From contig SUPR01000010.1 of NCBI GenBank assembly GCA_005191425.1, forward strand, positions 21,014-53,013: 32,000 nt of DNA, read 5' to 3'. Both the position numbers and the translations under genes were made by a program. Below are positions 18,745 to 28,865 of this stretch, in pieces; position 1 is the stretch's first letter; each line of letters opens with the position of its first letter. The notes under the pieces were generated by a model that saw only the letters and a list, made by a program, of their open reading frames with translations, was not told the DNA's origin and searched no databases. Origin of the DNA: Candidatus Helarchaeota ASGARD archaeon Hel_GB_B (GTDB taxonomy: Archaea > Asgardarchaeota > Lokiarchaeia > Helarchaeales > HEL-GB-B).

Positions 18745-19217
18745 ACGACAACCAAAAAAGTAAATATGATGATAAGAAGGTTAAAGTTAAAAAAGATGAT
18801 TCAAATATAATTAACAGACTTATTTCAACAACTCGGAAATTTATAAATGATAGTCAAAAAAAACTTAAAAGAACATTTGAAAATTTAAAAATTAGCGAAT
18901 TTTTTAATACTGATTGGGTTCAAGTCCTTTCCATCTTGTCTAATCCAATTGCAATGGACTTCATGATCGACGGAATCCCAAAAATTTTTTATGATGTTTT
19001 TGATTATGATGATGACATTGAAATCATTATAGATATACCAAATGTTCCTAAAGAAAATATCCAAATAAAAACACATTATAAGACTATTAAAATATATGTC
19101 AAAGAATATTTAATAGAAAAAATTGATCTAAGTAAATATCTAAAACGTGGGATTAAGGTTAAAAATGTAAATTGTCAATATGAAGGACGAATACTTAAAA
19201 TTAAGATTATTAAATAA
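18741..19217 (+). CDS. Hsp20/alpha-crystallin domain protein
   Basis: C-terminal DVFDYDDDIEIIIDIPNVPKENIQI...NCQYEGRILKIKIIK fits the alpha-crystallin beta-sandwich pattern. Confidence 0.65.
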   Translation: MDDNQKSKYDDKKVKVKKDDSNIINRLISTTRKFINDSQKKLKRTFENLKISEFFNTDWVQVLSILSNPIAMDFMIDGIPKIFYDVFDYDDDIEIIIDIPNVPKENIQIKTHYKTIKIYVKEYLIEKIDLSKYLKRGIKVKNVNCQYEGRILKIKIIK

Positions 19218-19697
19218 ATAAATTAATTTATGTTAATTGGAATAATCCATTGAATAGAAAATGGAATAGATAATATAGATTCTTTTTAAGATAACATTTT
19301 AATCAATTAAATACTGTATGTATTTTAAGTAAAATGTATATTCATTCATTAATTCTAATGGTCTTGACATTATTCCCTTTATTTTCTGGTATGTGTCTTT
19401 TAAAATTTGGTATTTAAATATATTATTTAAATGTCTTGCCTTGATTTTTTATTTTAATTTCAAAACTAATATAAATTAAAAATATAGTTTTAATTAAAGT
19501 CGTATTTTCATTGAAAAATTATAGATATTCTGATTTTTAATATAACTTTAATATTTTCTACTGAAAACTTATTTTTTGGAATTATTTTTAAATCCTTTAA
19601 CTTTATATTTCTCAAATTACATATGAATTAAAAATCATTTCAGAAATTAAAAAATTAATTATGAAATAGTTTTTTATTAACCACGGAGAGAAATCGG

Positions 19698-21122
19698 ATG
19701 TATATAAAAATTATAAATAACATGAAAAAGGTTAATAGAAATTTTAAATTTTGGATGATCGTCTATTTCTTCACAATAACAGGGATTTTGCTAATATTAA
19801 CTTTTTTCCCCGTAGACCATATTGGAAATACAACATTACTCCATAATAACCAATCAGTAATTATATCCAAGTCCAGTATTTCCCCATTATATATGGAAAA
19901 GTGGAATAAAACTTTTGGCGGTACCGATGAAGATAAAGGATATGGGATTGCGATAGATAATGATAAATTTATTTATTTAGTTGGGTCTACTAAAAATTAT
20001 GGGACCGGTATACCTACTTATTCAAATGCCATGCTTGTAAAATTTGATATTACTGGAAACATCAAATGGTATCGTACATGGGGTTATTCAAAAAAAGATA
20101 TTGGATATGATGTTGCAATAGATAATGCACATTATGTCTATATTGTAGGATCAACTCAAAATCTTGCTGTAAGCGGTCGAAACTTATTTGTTGCTAAATA
20201 TGATGGCAATGGAAACCAGATTTGGAATAGGACATGGAAAGGACGCGTTCCAGCGGATATAGAAGGATATGCAGTTGCAATTGATAAAAACAACAACATC
20301 TACATTACCGGAAAAACACCTGGTGCTAGTTTAGATATATTTATTATAAAATATAATTCTAGTGGTAGTCGGATATGGAACTTAACGTGGGGTTCAACTG
20401 GAGAGGATATGGGAAAGGGCATTGCAGTGGATAGTCAAGATAATATATATGTTGTAGGTACTTATTATGACACGGGAACTGCTAATGATTACATTTTTCT
20501 CAATAAATATTCATCAGGAGGAGTATTTCAATGGAGTAGGAAAATCGGATCCTCTTCATATACTGATAATGGAGAAGGCATTGCGATCGATAAAAATGAT
20601 TACATTTATATAGTTGGTTCTATAAACAACACAGCTACATCGTCCTATGATATTGTAGTCGCAAAATATGATTCATTGGGAAATTTAATATGGGAAAAAT
20701 ATTATGGAGATCATAAAAAGGAATATGGATATGATATTGCAGTTGGTAGATTTAATAATATATATATTTCAGGTTCTAAAGAAGCAAGTTCGCCGGCTAG
20801 AAATATATTTTTTCTTAAAATAGATGGTACAGGCAATATGATTTTTAATACGACATGGGGAGGAGTAGGTACAGCTGATATGTATGGTTATTCAATAGGA
20901 GTTACCTCAAATTTAGATGTATATATCGGTGGTACACTTCCTTCGAGTGGAAAAATAGCTATCTTGATTAAATACAAGTATTTTAGTTATATTCCTATAA
21001 TTACCCCGGGTTTTCAGATGCCAATCATATTAGTTTCAATGGCCATGGTAGTAATTACTATAATTGGGTATAGAATAACCAAAGTTAAAAGTAGGAAAAG
21101 TAGGGACATTCTTTTATCGTAA
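19698..21122 (+). CDS. Secreted/cell-surface 7-bladed beta-propeller (SBBP-type repeats) with PGF/Loki-CTERM anchor
   Basis: N-terminal hydrophobic helix; seven G..IA(I/V)D..(N/D).IY(I/V).G repeats; C-terminal TPGF + hydrophobic helix + basic KVKSRKSR. Confidence 0.85.
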   Translation: MYIKIINNMKKVNRNFKFWMIVYFFTITGILLILTFFPVDHIGNTTLLHNNQSVIISKSSISPLYMEKWNKTFGGTDEDKGYGIAIDNDKFIYLVGSTKNYGTGIPTYSNAMLVKFDITGNIKWYRTWGYSKKDIGYDVAIDNAHYVYIVGSTQNLAVSGRNLFVAKYDGNGNQIWNRTWKGRVPADIEGYAVAIDKNNNIYITGKTPGASLDIFIIKYNSSGSRIWNLTWGSTGEDMGKGIAVDSQDNIYVVGTYYDTGTANDYIFLNKYSSGGVFQWSRKIGSSSYTDNGEGIAIDKNDYIYIVGSINNTATSSYDIVVAKYDSLGNLIWEKYYGDHKKEYGYDIAVGRFNNIYISGSKEASSPARNIFFLKIDGTGNMIFNTTWGGVGTADMYGYSIGVTSNLDVYIGGTLPSSGKIAILIKYKYFSYIPIITPGFQMPIILVSMAMVVITIIGYRITKVKSRKSRDILLS

Positions 21123-21372
21123 TGAGAAACTTGAAACATCATTGTTAAGCTTAATCACTTCAATACCAAATAATTTTTTATCTTTTTTAATAATACTTCT
21201 TAATTTCATTTAATAACAGCCAATTATTCACAAAATATCGTGTATAATGCTTTAACCGATAAAATTGGAAATGATAAAAATAATAAATATATAAATAAAA
21301 GTTATTAGAAAAATAATTTTTTTGATTTTTATTATGTGAATTTAATTATTGATGAATATTATGGTCTAAAAA

Positions 21373-23289
21373 ATGGAATCAAATATTCTATCTAACGAAA
21401 AAAATAAAAGGGTAGTTTTAACTGGTAATGAAGCCTTTATTAGAGGTGCATTAGAAGCAGGTGTTTCTTTTGTTTCTCAGTATCCAGGTACTCCTGTATC
21501 AGATGTTGGTGTTACCTTTGGGAAATTAGCTAGGGTAGTACCTAATTTATATTTCCAATGGGCATCAAATGAAGCTACATCATTAGAAGCAGCTGCAGGA
21601 GCGTCATGGTCTGGAATAAAGGCGCTGTGCCCAATGAAGCACGTTGGTGTGAATGTAGCATCGGACCCAATGTCAGTTATTGCAATAAATGGTCCATTAT
21701 CATCAACGGGTCAGGGGGGGTTAGTAATTTTAGCTGGTGGAGATCCAGGCTCATTGGGTTCTCATTGCGAACAAAATGACAGATTTTATACATGGATGTT
21801 ACATATGTGCCACTTAGAGCCTTCAAATGTTCAAGAAGCAAAAGATTTTATGGTCGAAGGGTACAAAATATCATCAAAATTCGATGTAATTACCTATATT
21901 AGGACTACTTCTCGAATATCACATACACGTGAAGATATAACGCTTGGGGAAATAAAGTTTAATCAATCATTAGAAGGAAATTTTGAGAGAAATATACCAA
22001 AATATTGTTCATTACCACCACATTGTATTGAGAACCATAGAAAGGTCTATGAACGAATGGAAAGAATTGAGTCATATAGTAAAAAATTTAATACAATCAT
22101 TCCTGGAGATAATAAATTAGGTATTATAACTGCAGGAGTTCCATTTGGTTATGTTATAGAGGCAGTACGTAAATTGAAATTGAAAAATGTCCCAATATTA
22201 AAATTAGGGTGTATTAACCCTATAAATAAAGAACAAGTAATAAAATTCTGTGAAAATCAAGAAACCATTTTGATAGTAGAAGAGCTTGAACCATTTATAG
22301 AAGTGGACATAAAAAGAATTGTTCAAGAAGCTGGACTATCTGTAAAGATCTTTGGGCATGAATATGTCCGGAAATATAATGAATTAAGTGTTGTGGATGT
22401 TGTTCAGTCCCTTAGTAAAATTACTGGGGTGTCTATTGGATATAATGAACAAAAAATTTTACAAAAATATAATAAATATTTAAATTTAATACCTCCTCGA
22501 TTCCCAGTCTTTTGTGCGGGTTGCCCCGAACGTGCACTAATATATAGCATAAAAAAAGCTACAGATGAAGAAAATACAATATATGCAGGTGATATCGGGT
22601 GTTATGTAATGAGTTTTTTCCCTCCATTAAAAATTACAGATTGGGTTATTTGTATGGGAGGTGGTCTAGGTGCTTCTGTTGGTGCAGCTAAAGTAAATAA
22701 AAAGCCCGTACTTGCCTTAATGGGAGATAGCACATTTTATCATACTGGACTACCTGCAATAGTAAATGCAGTCTATAATAAATCGAATGTTTTATTATTT
22801 ATTCTCGATAATAAATGGACTGGAATGACTGGTGGACACCCAAATCCAAATAGTGGAATTAATGGGATGGGCGAGACTGTAGAAAAACAAAACATAGCTG
22901 AAATTGTTAAATCATTAGGCGTAAAATGGGTTAGGACTGTTGATCCATATCAGCCTAAAATTATGATAAACACAATAAAAGATGCATTGAAAATTAACGG
23001 TTTAAAAGTCATTATTTCACAACGGGAATGTATGCTACAATATCAAAAATTAAATAGGGAAATATTACTTAAAAGCCCGAGAAAAGTTTACTATTGGATT
23101 AACCCAGATAGATGCCAAATGTGTGGTGAATGTTTTGAACAATTGTGTTGCACTGCTCTTAAAAGAACTGAAATAAATGGTAGAGAAGTAATGCAAATTG
23201 ACCAAGCTCGATGTACAAATTGCGGAGTCTGTCAAAAAATTTGTTTAAACAGCGCAATAGTTAAAACTGAAATAAATGTCCATTTGTAG
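21373..23289 (+). CDS. iorA: Indolepyruvate:ferredoxin oxidoreductase alpha subunit
   Basis: LTGNEAFIRGALEAG, YPGTP, MKHVG, CAGCPER, GDIGC, GDSTFYHTG and C-terminal 2x[4Fe-4S] motifs. Confidence 0.92.
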   Translation: MESNILSNEKNKRVVLTGNEAFIRGALEAGVSFVSQYPGTPVSDVGVTFGKLARVVPNLYFQWASNEATSLEAAAGASWSGIKALCPMKHVGVNVASDPMSVIAINGPLSSTGQGGLVILAGGDPGSLGSHCEQNDRFYTWMLHMCHLEPSNVQEAKDFMVEGYKISSKFDVITYIRTTSRISHTREDITLGEIKFNQSLEGNFERNIPKYCSLPPHCIENHRKVYERMERIESYSKKFNTIIPGDNKLGIITAGVPFGYVIEAVRKLKLKNVPILKLGCINPINKEQVIKFCENQETILIVEELEPFIEVDIKRIVQEAGLSVKIFGHEYVRKYNELSVVDVVQSLSKITGVSIGYNEQKILQKYNKYLNLIPPRFPVFCAGCPERALIYSIKKATDEENTIYAGDIGCYVMSFFPPLKITDWVICMGGGLGASVGAAKVNKKPVLALMGDSTFYHTGLPAIVNAVYNKSNVLLFILDNKWTGMTGGHPNPNSGINGMGETVEKQNIAEIVKSLGVKWVRTVDPYQPKIMINTIKDALKINGLKVIISQRECMLQYQKLNREILLKSPRKVYYWINPDRCQMCGECFEQLCCTALKRTEINGREVMQIDQARCTNCGVCQKICLNSAIVKTEINVHL

Positions 23290-23950
23290 GAGTGAAATGA
23301 AAATGTTAAAAATTTGGAACGGGATGTTTGTAGGTGTAGGTGGACTTGGTACAATTACTCTAAAAAGAATTTTTGAATATGCAGCTTTAAAGGAGCCAAA
23401 AATTAAAAAAATCATTGGAGCTGAAAAACACGGACTTGCACAACGCGAAGGAGCAGTCGATGTCTATGTCAGATTTTTGTTATCAGATAATGATGAAGTC
23501 CCAAAATATTATTTAACATCACCAACAATAAGTATTGGTGAAGCAGATTTAGTAATTGGCTTAGAACCGGTAGAAGTATTGAGAAATTCAAAATATACAA
23601 GTAGCCAGACTGTTTTCATAATAAACACAAATACAATCCAACCTCCTTTAAGTATTTCAGGACAAGTCAAATATCCTTCAATTGAAGAAATTAAAAATGC
23701 TATCAAAGAAATTTCAGGTTCCTCTAAAATTATCATGTTTAATGCAACCGAATTAGCTATGAATAAGATGGGTCAAGCCTTATATACAAATAATATCATG
23801 CTGGGCGCTGCTATTTCAACTGGAGCTATCCCTATTAGTAAAGAAAAAATTGAAGAAACAATTGCAGAGCAATTAAAAGATGTTAAAAAGAATTTAAAAG
23901 CAATAAACATTGGTTATAATATTGGTACTGATCTATTATCTAAGATTTAA
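23276..23950 (+). CDS. iorB: Indolepyruvate:ferredoxin oxidoreductase beta subunit
   Basis: VGVGGLG, HGLAQREGAV, ADLVIGLEPVE and N.IMLGA motifs; follows iorA; the true start may be a later ATG (MKMLK). Confidence 0.88.
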   Translation: MSICRSEMKMLKIWNGMFVGVGGLGTITLKRIFEYAALKEPKIKKIIGAEKHGLAQREGAVDVYVRFLLSDNDEVPKYYLTSPTISIGEADLVIGLEPVEVLRNSKYTSSQTVFIINTNTIQPPLSISGQVKYPSIEEIKNAIKEISGSSKIIMFNATELAMNKMGQALYTNNIMLGAAISTGAIPISKEKIEETIAEQLKDVKKNLKAINIGYNIGTDLLSKI

Positions 23951-24074
23951 TATTAATATCTTTTTAATTTTTATTACAAATTTAAAAATACATTGAATTT
24001 TTTATTTTTATAATAAAGAGAAAATTTAAATTATTAATAGAATATTAAATTTCCTAAAAAAAAATGTGATACCT

Positions 24075-24242
24075 ATGGCAGATAAATATGTCAACACAAA
24101 AAGTGATAAAACGGAAATTTGTGCCAAATGTAATTCGCCAATTGAAAGAGGGACTATGTTTGTAGAACATATTTTTGATGATAAAAAAGAAATTATTTGC
24201 CATTTTTGTTATTATAAAATGAAAAAAAATAAATTAATTTAA
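24075..24242 (+). CDS. Small zinc-finger protein (55 aa, not in ORF track)
   Basis: Hand translation: MADKYVNTKSDKTEICAKCNSPIERGTMFVEHIFDDKKEIICHFCYYKMKKNKLI*; two CxxC pairs; 32 bp upstream of the UbiA gene on the same strand. Confidence 0.7.
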   Translation: MADKYVNTKSDKTEICAKCNSPIERGTMFVEHIFDDKKEIICHFCYYKMKKNKLI

Positions 24243-24274
24243 AAAATAATTTCATTATTAGGATTTGTAAATTA

Positions 24275-25216
24275 ATGAGTAAAATTAAATCATTCATTAA
24301 GTTATTACGACCCACCCAATACTACAAAAATGCATTAATATTTCTAGGAGCTATATTTGCAGAGCGACTAATGGGCCCAAATTTATCTGAAGTTTTATGG
24401 ACATATTTCTTATTATTTGTAGGGTTCGTCTGTTTTTGTATGATTTCGAGTTCAAATTATATTATAAATGATATTTTAGATATAAAGAAGGACAGGATGC
24501 ATGATGAGAAAAGTAGTCGACCATTAGCATCAGGAGAAATATCTAAGACTTTTGCTATTTTACTATTTTTAATATTTCTAGTTGTACCATTAGGCATAAG
24601 TCTTTTTATTTCATATCTAATTAATGATTATTGGTTTTTTGTATTTGTCCTTTTAATTTTTATAACAGGTCAAATTTATAATTTATATTTTAAGAGAATT
24701 TCAGTTGTTGATATCTTAACCTTGAGCGTTAATTATATATGGCGGGCATTGGGTGGATGTATTTTAGTAAATATATTAATTTCGCCTTGGCTATCTCTCT
24801 CGGTATTTTTAGGAGCATTATTTTTAGTACTTTGTAAGAGAAGAAATGACTTGAAATTAATTGGGGAGGATGAAGCATATAAACATAAAGAAGTATATGA
24901 AATTTATAGTCTAAAACTGTTAGATCAAATGATAACCATAGCAACTGCGGCGCTACTTTTTGACTATTGTATTTATTCAGTAATTAAATTTATTAATAAT
25001 GGAGAATATTATTTGATCTCAATTCCTATTTTCTTTTACTTGGTCTTTAGATATCTAAGTTTGATATATATCAAGGAAGATATTGCAAGAAAAACAGAGC
25101 GGGCATTTTTTGATGTGGGAATAATCATAGGTAGTTTAATATTTATAATATTGATATTAATTATCATTTACTTCCCGTTTATTTTAGATTTTATTTCCAC
25201 ACTTCCAAAACTTTAA
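24275..25216 (+). CDS. UbiA-family prenyltransferase, decaprenyl-phosphate phosphoribosyltransferase-like
   Basis: LRPTQYYKNALIF, YIINDILDIKKDRMHDEKSSRPLASG, KRRNDL, YS..LLD and multiple TM helices. Confidence 0.85.
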   Translation: MSKIKSFIKLLRPTQYYKNALIFLGAIFAERLMGPNLSEVLWTYFLLFVGFVCFCMISSSNYIINDILDIKKDRMHDEKSSRPLASGEISKTFAILLFLIFLVVPLGISLFISYLINDYWFFVFVLLIFITGQIYNLYFKRISVVDILTLSVNYIWRALGGCILVNILISPWLSLSVFLGALFLVLCKRRNDLKLIGEDEAYKHKEVYEIYSLKLLDQMITIATAALLFDYCIYSVIKFINNGEYYLISIPIFFYLVFRYLSLIYIKEDIARKTERAFFDVGIIIGSLIFIILILIIIYFPFILDFISTLPKL

Positions 25217-25708
25217 ATTTGTTAAAAAATCAATAATAATTTTTACCAAAATAAAAAATATTACTTTTTATTTCTAATATTTTCTAATAAATTATTATTA
25301 AAATTGTTTCAATAATTATTTGTTATAGCTAATAAATCTGAAAATTTTAAATAATTTTATAACTTTGTCAATTAATTTAATAAGGATATCCTAATTATCA
25401 AAAAATTTTAACTTCATCATTATTTTTTTGACTCATTGATATATTTAAAATTATAAATTAGTACACTTTAATTGTAAATCACCTATTTCATTTTTTCAAT
25501 TCTATATCAGTAATTTTCCCAGAAGGTTTTTCCATTTATTCATTTTTAAATAAAATACTTATTTTCGGAAATGCTTTTTTGGAGAATTATATATTTTTAA
25601 GTCGGTATTTCAGAAAACTAGAGTTCAATTTATTATATGATAATTAATTTTTACAATAAGCAAACTAAATCAATTGACTATTAATTACACATTTTTTTCA
25701 TTGACTAA

Positions 25709-25723
25709 CGAAATGTTTATATA
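25709..25723 (+). promoter_or_regulatory. Candidate BRE/TATA box for the histone gene
   Basis: CGAAATG-TTTATATA about 130 bp upstream of the ATG; weak evidence in such AT-rich DNA. Confidence 0.3.
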
Positions 25724-25855
25724 TAAGAATTATTAGAAGTAAAATATAGGAAATATTATTTCCAATAATATAATAATGAAATAAATATTGTCTATAAAAA
25801 AATGAAAAAACTTGAAAAATATCAACAAATGATGAAATGAATTGAGGGACAAAAT

Positions 25856-26068
25856 ATGGCTAAAAAAAGATATTTTGCTTGGTCGCCTTTAAGGGCAATT
25901 ATGGCAGGTGTTGGTGCAAAAATAGTTGCTAGAGATGCAGTTGATTATCTAATTGATTATCTTCAGAAGACCACGGTTGACTTGACCAAACAAGCAATCG
26001 TGTATGCTCGACATGCAGGCCGAAAAAAAGTAACAACCTCAGATATAGACCTTGCGATTAATTTGTAA
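25856..26068 (+). CDS. Archaeal histone (Lokiarchaeia-type HMf-like fold)
   Basis: FAWSPLR..M..GAKIVARDAV...YARHAGRKKVTTSDIDLA; the C-terminal part aligns with HMfB LARHAGRKTIKAEDIELA. Confidence 0.93.
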   Translation: MAKKRYFAWSPLRAIMAGVGAKIVARDAVDYLIDYLQKTTVDLTKQAIVYARHAGRKKVTTSDIDLAINL

Positions 26069-26091
26069 AAAAATTTTATTAAAATTCAAAC

Positions 26092-26099
26092 TTTTTTTT
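26092..26099 (+). terminator. Oligo-T terminator after histone gene
   Basis: T8 tract about 25 nt after the stop codon. Confidence 0.45.
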
Positions 26100-26194
26100 C
26101 TATTTTTACCAAGATTGGTCATTAAAAATTAGTTTTTAAAAGTTAGTCTAGATAACTTTAAGATAATTACTACAATTTAAAAAATAAAAAAGTT

Positions 26195-27238
26195 TTATGG
26201 GATAATTGCCGTTTTTATTCCTTTTTGGTTAACCAGATTGTCTATTATTTTGTCTAAATCATCAAGTTTGACTTTTTCACTGATAAATACATCTGTATCA
26301 ATTTTTTTATTTGCAAGTAAATTAATAGACGCTTGGACATATCTTGGGGTAGTGTGAAATACACCCAATAATTTTAATTCATTATAATGTAATAATGATG
26401 TGTTAATGGATATAGATGAGGTAGGTGGTGGGCCACCAAATAAAGTAACAGTTCCACCTTTTCTTGCCATTTTAATAGTAGTTTCCCATGTTTTAGGATA
26501 ACCAATTGCTTCTACTGCAATATCTGCACCCCGATGCTCGTCAGTATATTCTTTTACGGATTCTATAATATCTTCCTCTTCATTTGGGTTTAATATAACA
26601 TCTGCACCAAGTTTTTTAGCTATTTGTAATCTCTCATTACTTAGATCAGTTTGAATGATTTTTGCACCTTTATTTCTGACAAGATTTGTCCAAAATAATC
26701 CGATTGGGCCAGCACCATTAATGACTACAACATCTCCAAGTCCAATATTAGAGCGTTCAACGCCCATTAATACACAAGATAAAGGTTCTGTTAAAGCAGC
26801 TTCAGCGTAGTCCAGACCATCAGGAATGGGAATAAGATTTCCACATTGAATAATTTCTTTAGGTACTCTCAAAAATTCGGTCCAAGTACCCCAATTCCAT
26901 GTAATATTATCACAAAGACTATGTCTTCCAATCTTGCAATAATAACATTTTAAACATGGCGCAGAATCATGGACAAAAACAGGCTGACCAATTTTATAAC
27001 CCTCAACATTTTTACCAATTTTGTAAATATCCCCTGCAACTTCGTGTCCAAAAATTGATGGGGGCTTAAAATATGAGGGATATTTTTTCTCTTTTCTTAA
27101 ATATAATTTTCTATCAGTCCCACAAGTTGTAGATGCTCTAATTTTTACTAAAATTTCATCATCAGAAATAGTCGGTATTTCGCATTCCTCTAAAGTTAAA
27201 TCTTGAGGACCGTGAAACATTGCAGCACACATTTTCAT
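26195..27238 (-). CDS. Zn-dependent medium-chain dehydrogenase (threonine/sorbitol dehydrogenase-like)
   Basis: TCGTD, FGHE, CLKCYYC...C structural Zn, EPLSC and GAGPIG motifs. Confidence 0.92.
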   Translation of the reverse strand: MKMCAAMFHGPQDLTLEECEIPTISDDEILVKIRASTTCGTDRKLYLRKEKKYPSYFKPPSIFGHEVAGDIYKIGKNVEGYKIGQPVFVHDSAPCLKCYYCKIGRHSLCDNITWNWGTWTEFLRVPKEIIQCGNLIPIPDGLDYAEAALTEPLSCVLMGVERSNIGLGDVVVINGAGPIGLFWTNLVRNKGAKIIQTDLSNERLQIAKKLGADVILNPNEEEDIIESVKEYTDEHRGADIAVEAIGYPKTWETTIKMARKGGTVTLFGGPPPTSSISINTSLLHYNELKLLGVFHTTPRYVQASINLLANKKIDTDVFISEKVKLDDLDKIIDNLVNQKGIKTAIIP

Positions 27239-27256
27239 TTAATAACCTCTCATTTG

Positions 27257-27646
27257 TTATAATTTCGTATTTTTTAAAATATTTTCAAGAGTTTCATCAA
27301 AATAATTAAAAATCTCAGGATTTTCAGAATAATATAATCCATCAAAAAGATTTTGAAAGGATGATTGAATTTTCAATAATATTTCTTTAATCTTTTTAAT
27401 TTTAACATTTTTTTCTGTTATTAATACTATGAAAAAATCGTCCGAAAAGTGATAATTTACTAATGAGTCCTTCATTTCAATATTTTCAAGTTCATCGTGA
27501 GTTACTGTTTTAGAAAATTTAATTATACTTGAAAAAAAGTTCAAATAAAGTTCCTGATTTTTCATATCTTCAATGAAATTTTTTTGAAATAAAATTCTAT
27601 AGTCTTTTGCAATAATCCAGATATATTTGATTGAATTCTTACTCAT
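27257..27646 (-). CDS. Probable stand-alone longin-domain protein
   Basis: Pattern beta(IKYIWII)-beta(ILFQKNF)-alpha(LYLNFFSSIIKFSKTV)-beta(LENIEM)-beta(LVNYHF)-beta(FFIVLIT)-alpha-alpha(FNYFDETLENIL), matching Asgard longin proteins by eye. Confidence 0.65.
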   Translation of the reverse strand: MSKNSIKYIWIIAKDYRILFQKNFIEDMKNQELYLNFFSSIIKFSKTVTHDELENIEMKDSLVNYHFSDDFFIVLITEKNVKIKKIKEILLKIQSSFQNLFDGLYYSENPEIFNYFDETLENILKNTKL

Positions 27647-27731
27647 ATCTCTTCCTATACAGAGTTAAATTGTTAATAAGATTTTCGTTTTTATAATTAT
27701 TTTAGTAAATTAAAATCCTAAAAATTGAGAT

Positions 27732-28751
27732 TTATGGATTAATTATCAATTTTAATGATTTCTTGGCTTTATGACCGATATTAATTGCTTTTTCTAAATC
27801 TTTTAATTTAAATTTATGAGTTATTAAATCCTTAACATTAATAAAACCATTCTCTATCAATTTAATTACGCGAGGATAATCAAGAGGAGATGATGAATAA
27901 GTCCCTACAAATGTCAATTCATGAAAAAAGATTTCATTAAAGTTGATTTCAATATTTTTATTTTCCATGAATGGCGCAAAAACATTAATGATCGCTCCTT
28001 TTCTTGCAGATTTTATTCCTTGCTGCATAGCTATTTTGTTTCCCACAGTATCAATTATTACATCAGCACCTTTACCATTAGTAAGTTCAAGCACTTTTGA
28101 TACGAGATCTTCTTTATTGACATTAATTCCGATACTATCAAATTTTTCAGCCATTTTTAACCTAAAATCGACCAGATCGGTATTAATTATAAGGGAAGCA
28201 TTGAAAGTTTTTGCAATTTGGGTATGAATAATACCAATTGGGCCACTTCCTAAGATAAGTACAGTATCGCCAGGTTGGATTTTACTGGAATATCCTCTGA
28301 TACAACATGCTAGTGGTTCCATAAATGCACCTTCATCATAACTCATCGAATCAGGGATCTTTACCATAGTTCGAGACACATTTATGGCTGGAACTCTAAT
28401 AATTTCAGAAAAACCACCTGGATCTAAATTTGTTTTTAAATATTCATCGCATAATGAATGGTGGTTATGTCGACATTCCCAGCAGACCATGCAAGGTGCA
28501 TGATGTGCTAAAGCTACCCTATCTCCCACAGAAAACTTTTTAACTTTATCCCCCACTTCAATTATAATTCCAGATACTTCGTGTCCTAATACAATCGGAG
28601 TTTGAACTGTTTTATAAATTGCTTTATGAATATCGGTTCCACAAACACCACATGATTTCATTTCAATTAGAACTTCTGATTCAGAAATCTTGGGACTTTC
28701 GATATCCAAATACCTAAAATCATTAATATCATAAAAAAAATTGGCTTTCAT
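27732..28751 (-). CDS. Zn-dependent medium-chain dehydrogenase
   Basis: CGVCGTD, LGHE, CMVCWEC...C, EPLAC and GSGPIG motifs. Confidence 0.92.
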   Translation of the reverse strand: MKANFFYDINDFRYLDIESPKISESEVLIEMKSCGVCGTDIHKAIYKTVQTPIVLGHEVSGIIIEVGDKVKKFSVGDRVALAHHAPCMVCWECRHNHHSLCDEYLKTNLDPGGFSEIIRVPAINVSRTMVKIPDSMSYDEGAFMEPLACCIRGYSSKIQPGDTVLILGSGPIGIIHTQIAKTFNASLIINTDLVDFRLKMAEKFDSIGINVNKEDLVSKVLELTNGKGADVIIDTVGNKIAMQQGIKSARKGAIINVFAPFMENKNIEINFNEIFFHELTFVGTYSSSPLDYPRVIKLIENGFINVKDLITHKFKLKDLEKAINIGHKAKKSLKLIINP

Positions 28752-28865
28752 AATTGACCATCTAAATGTAATCCTACATCTTTTATTTTAAATAGATCTA
28801 TATAATTTAAAAATATAATATAAAATGTATTTAATTATTAAATAACTTAAAAAGATGGATTAAAA

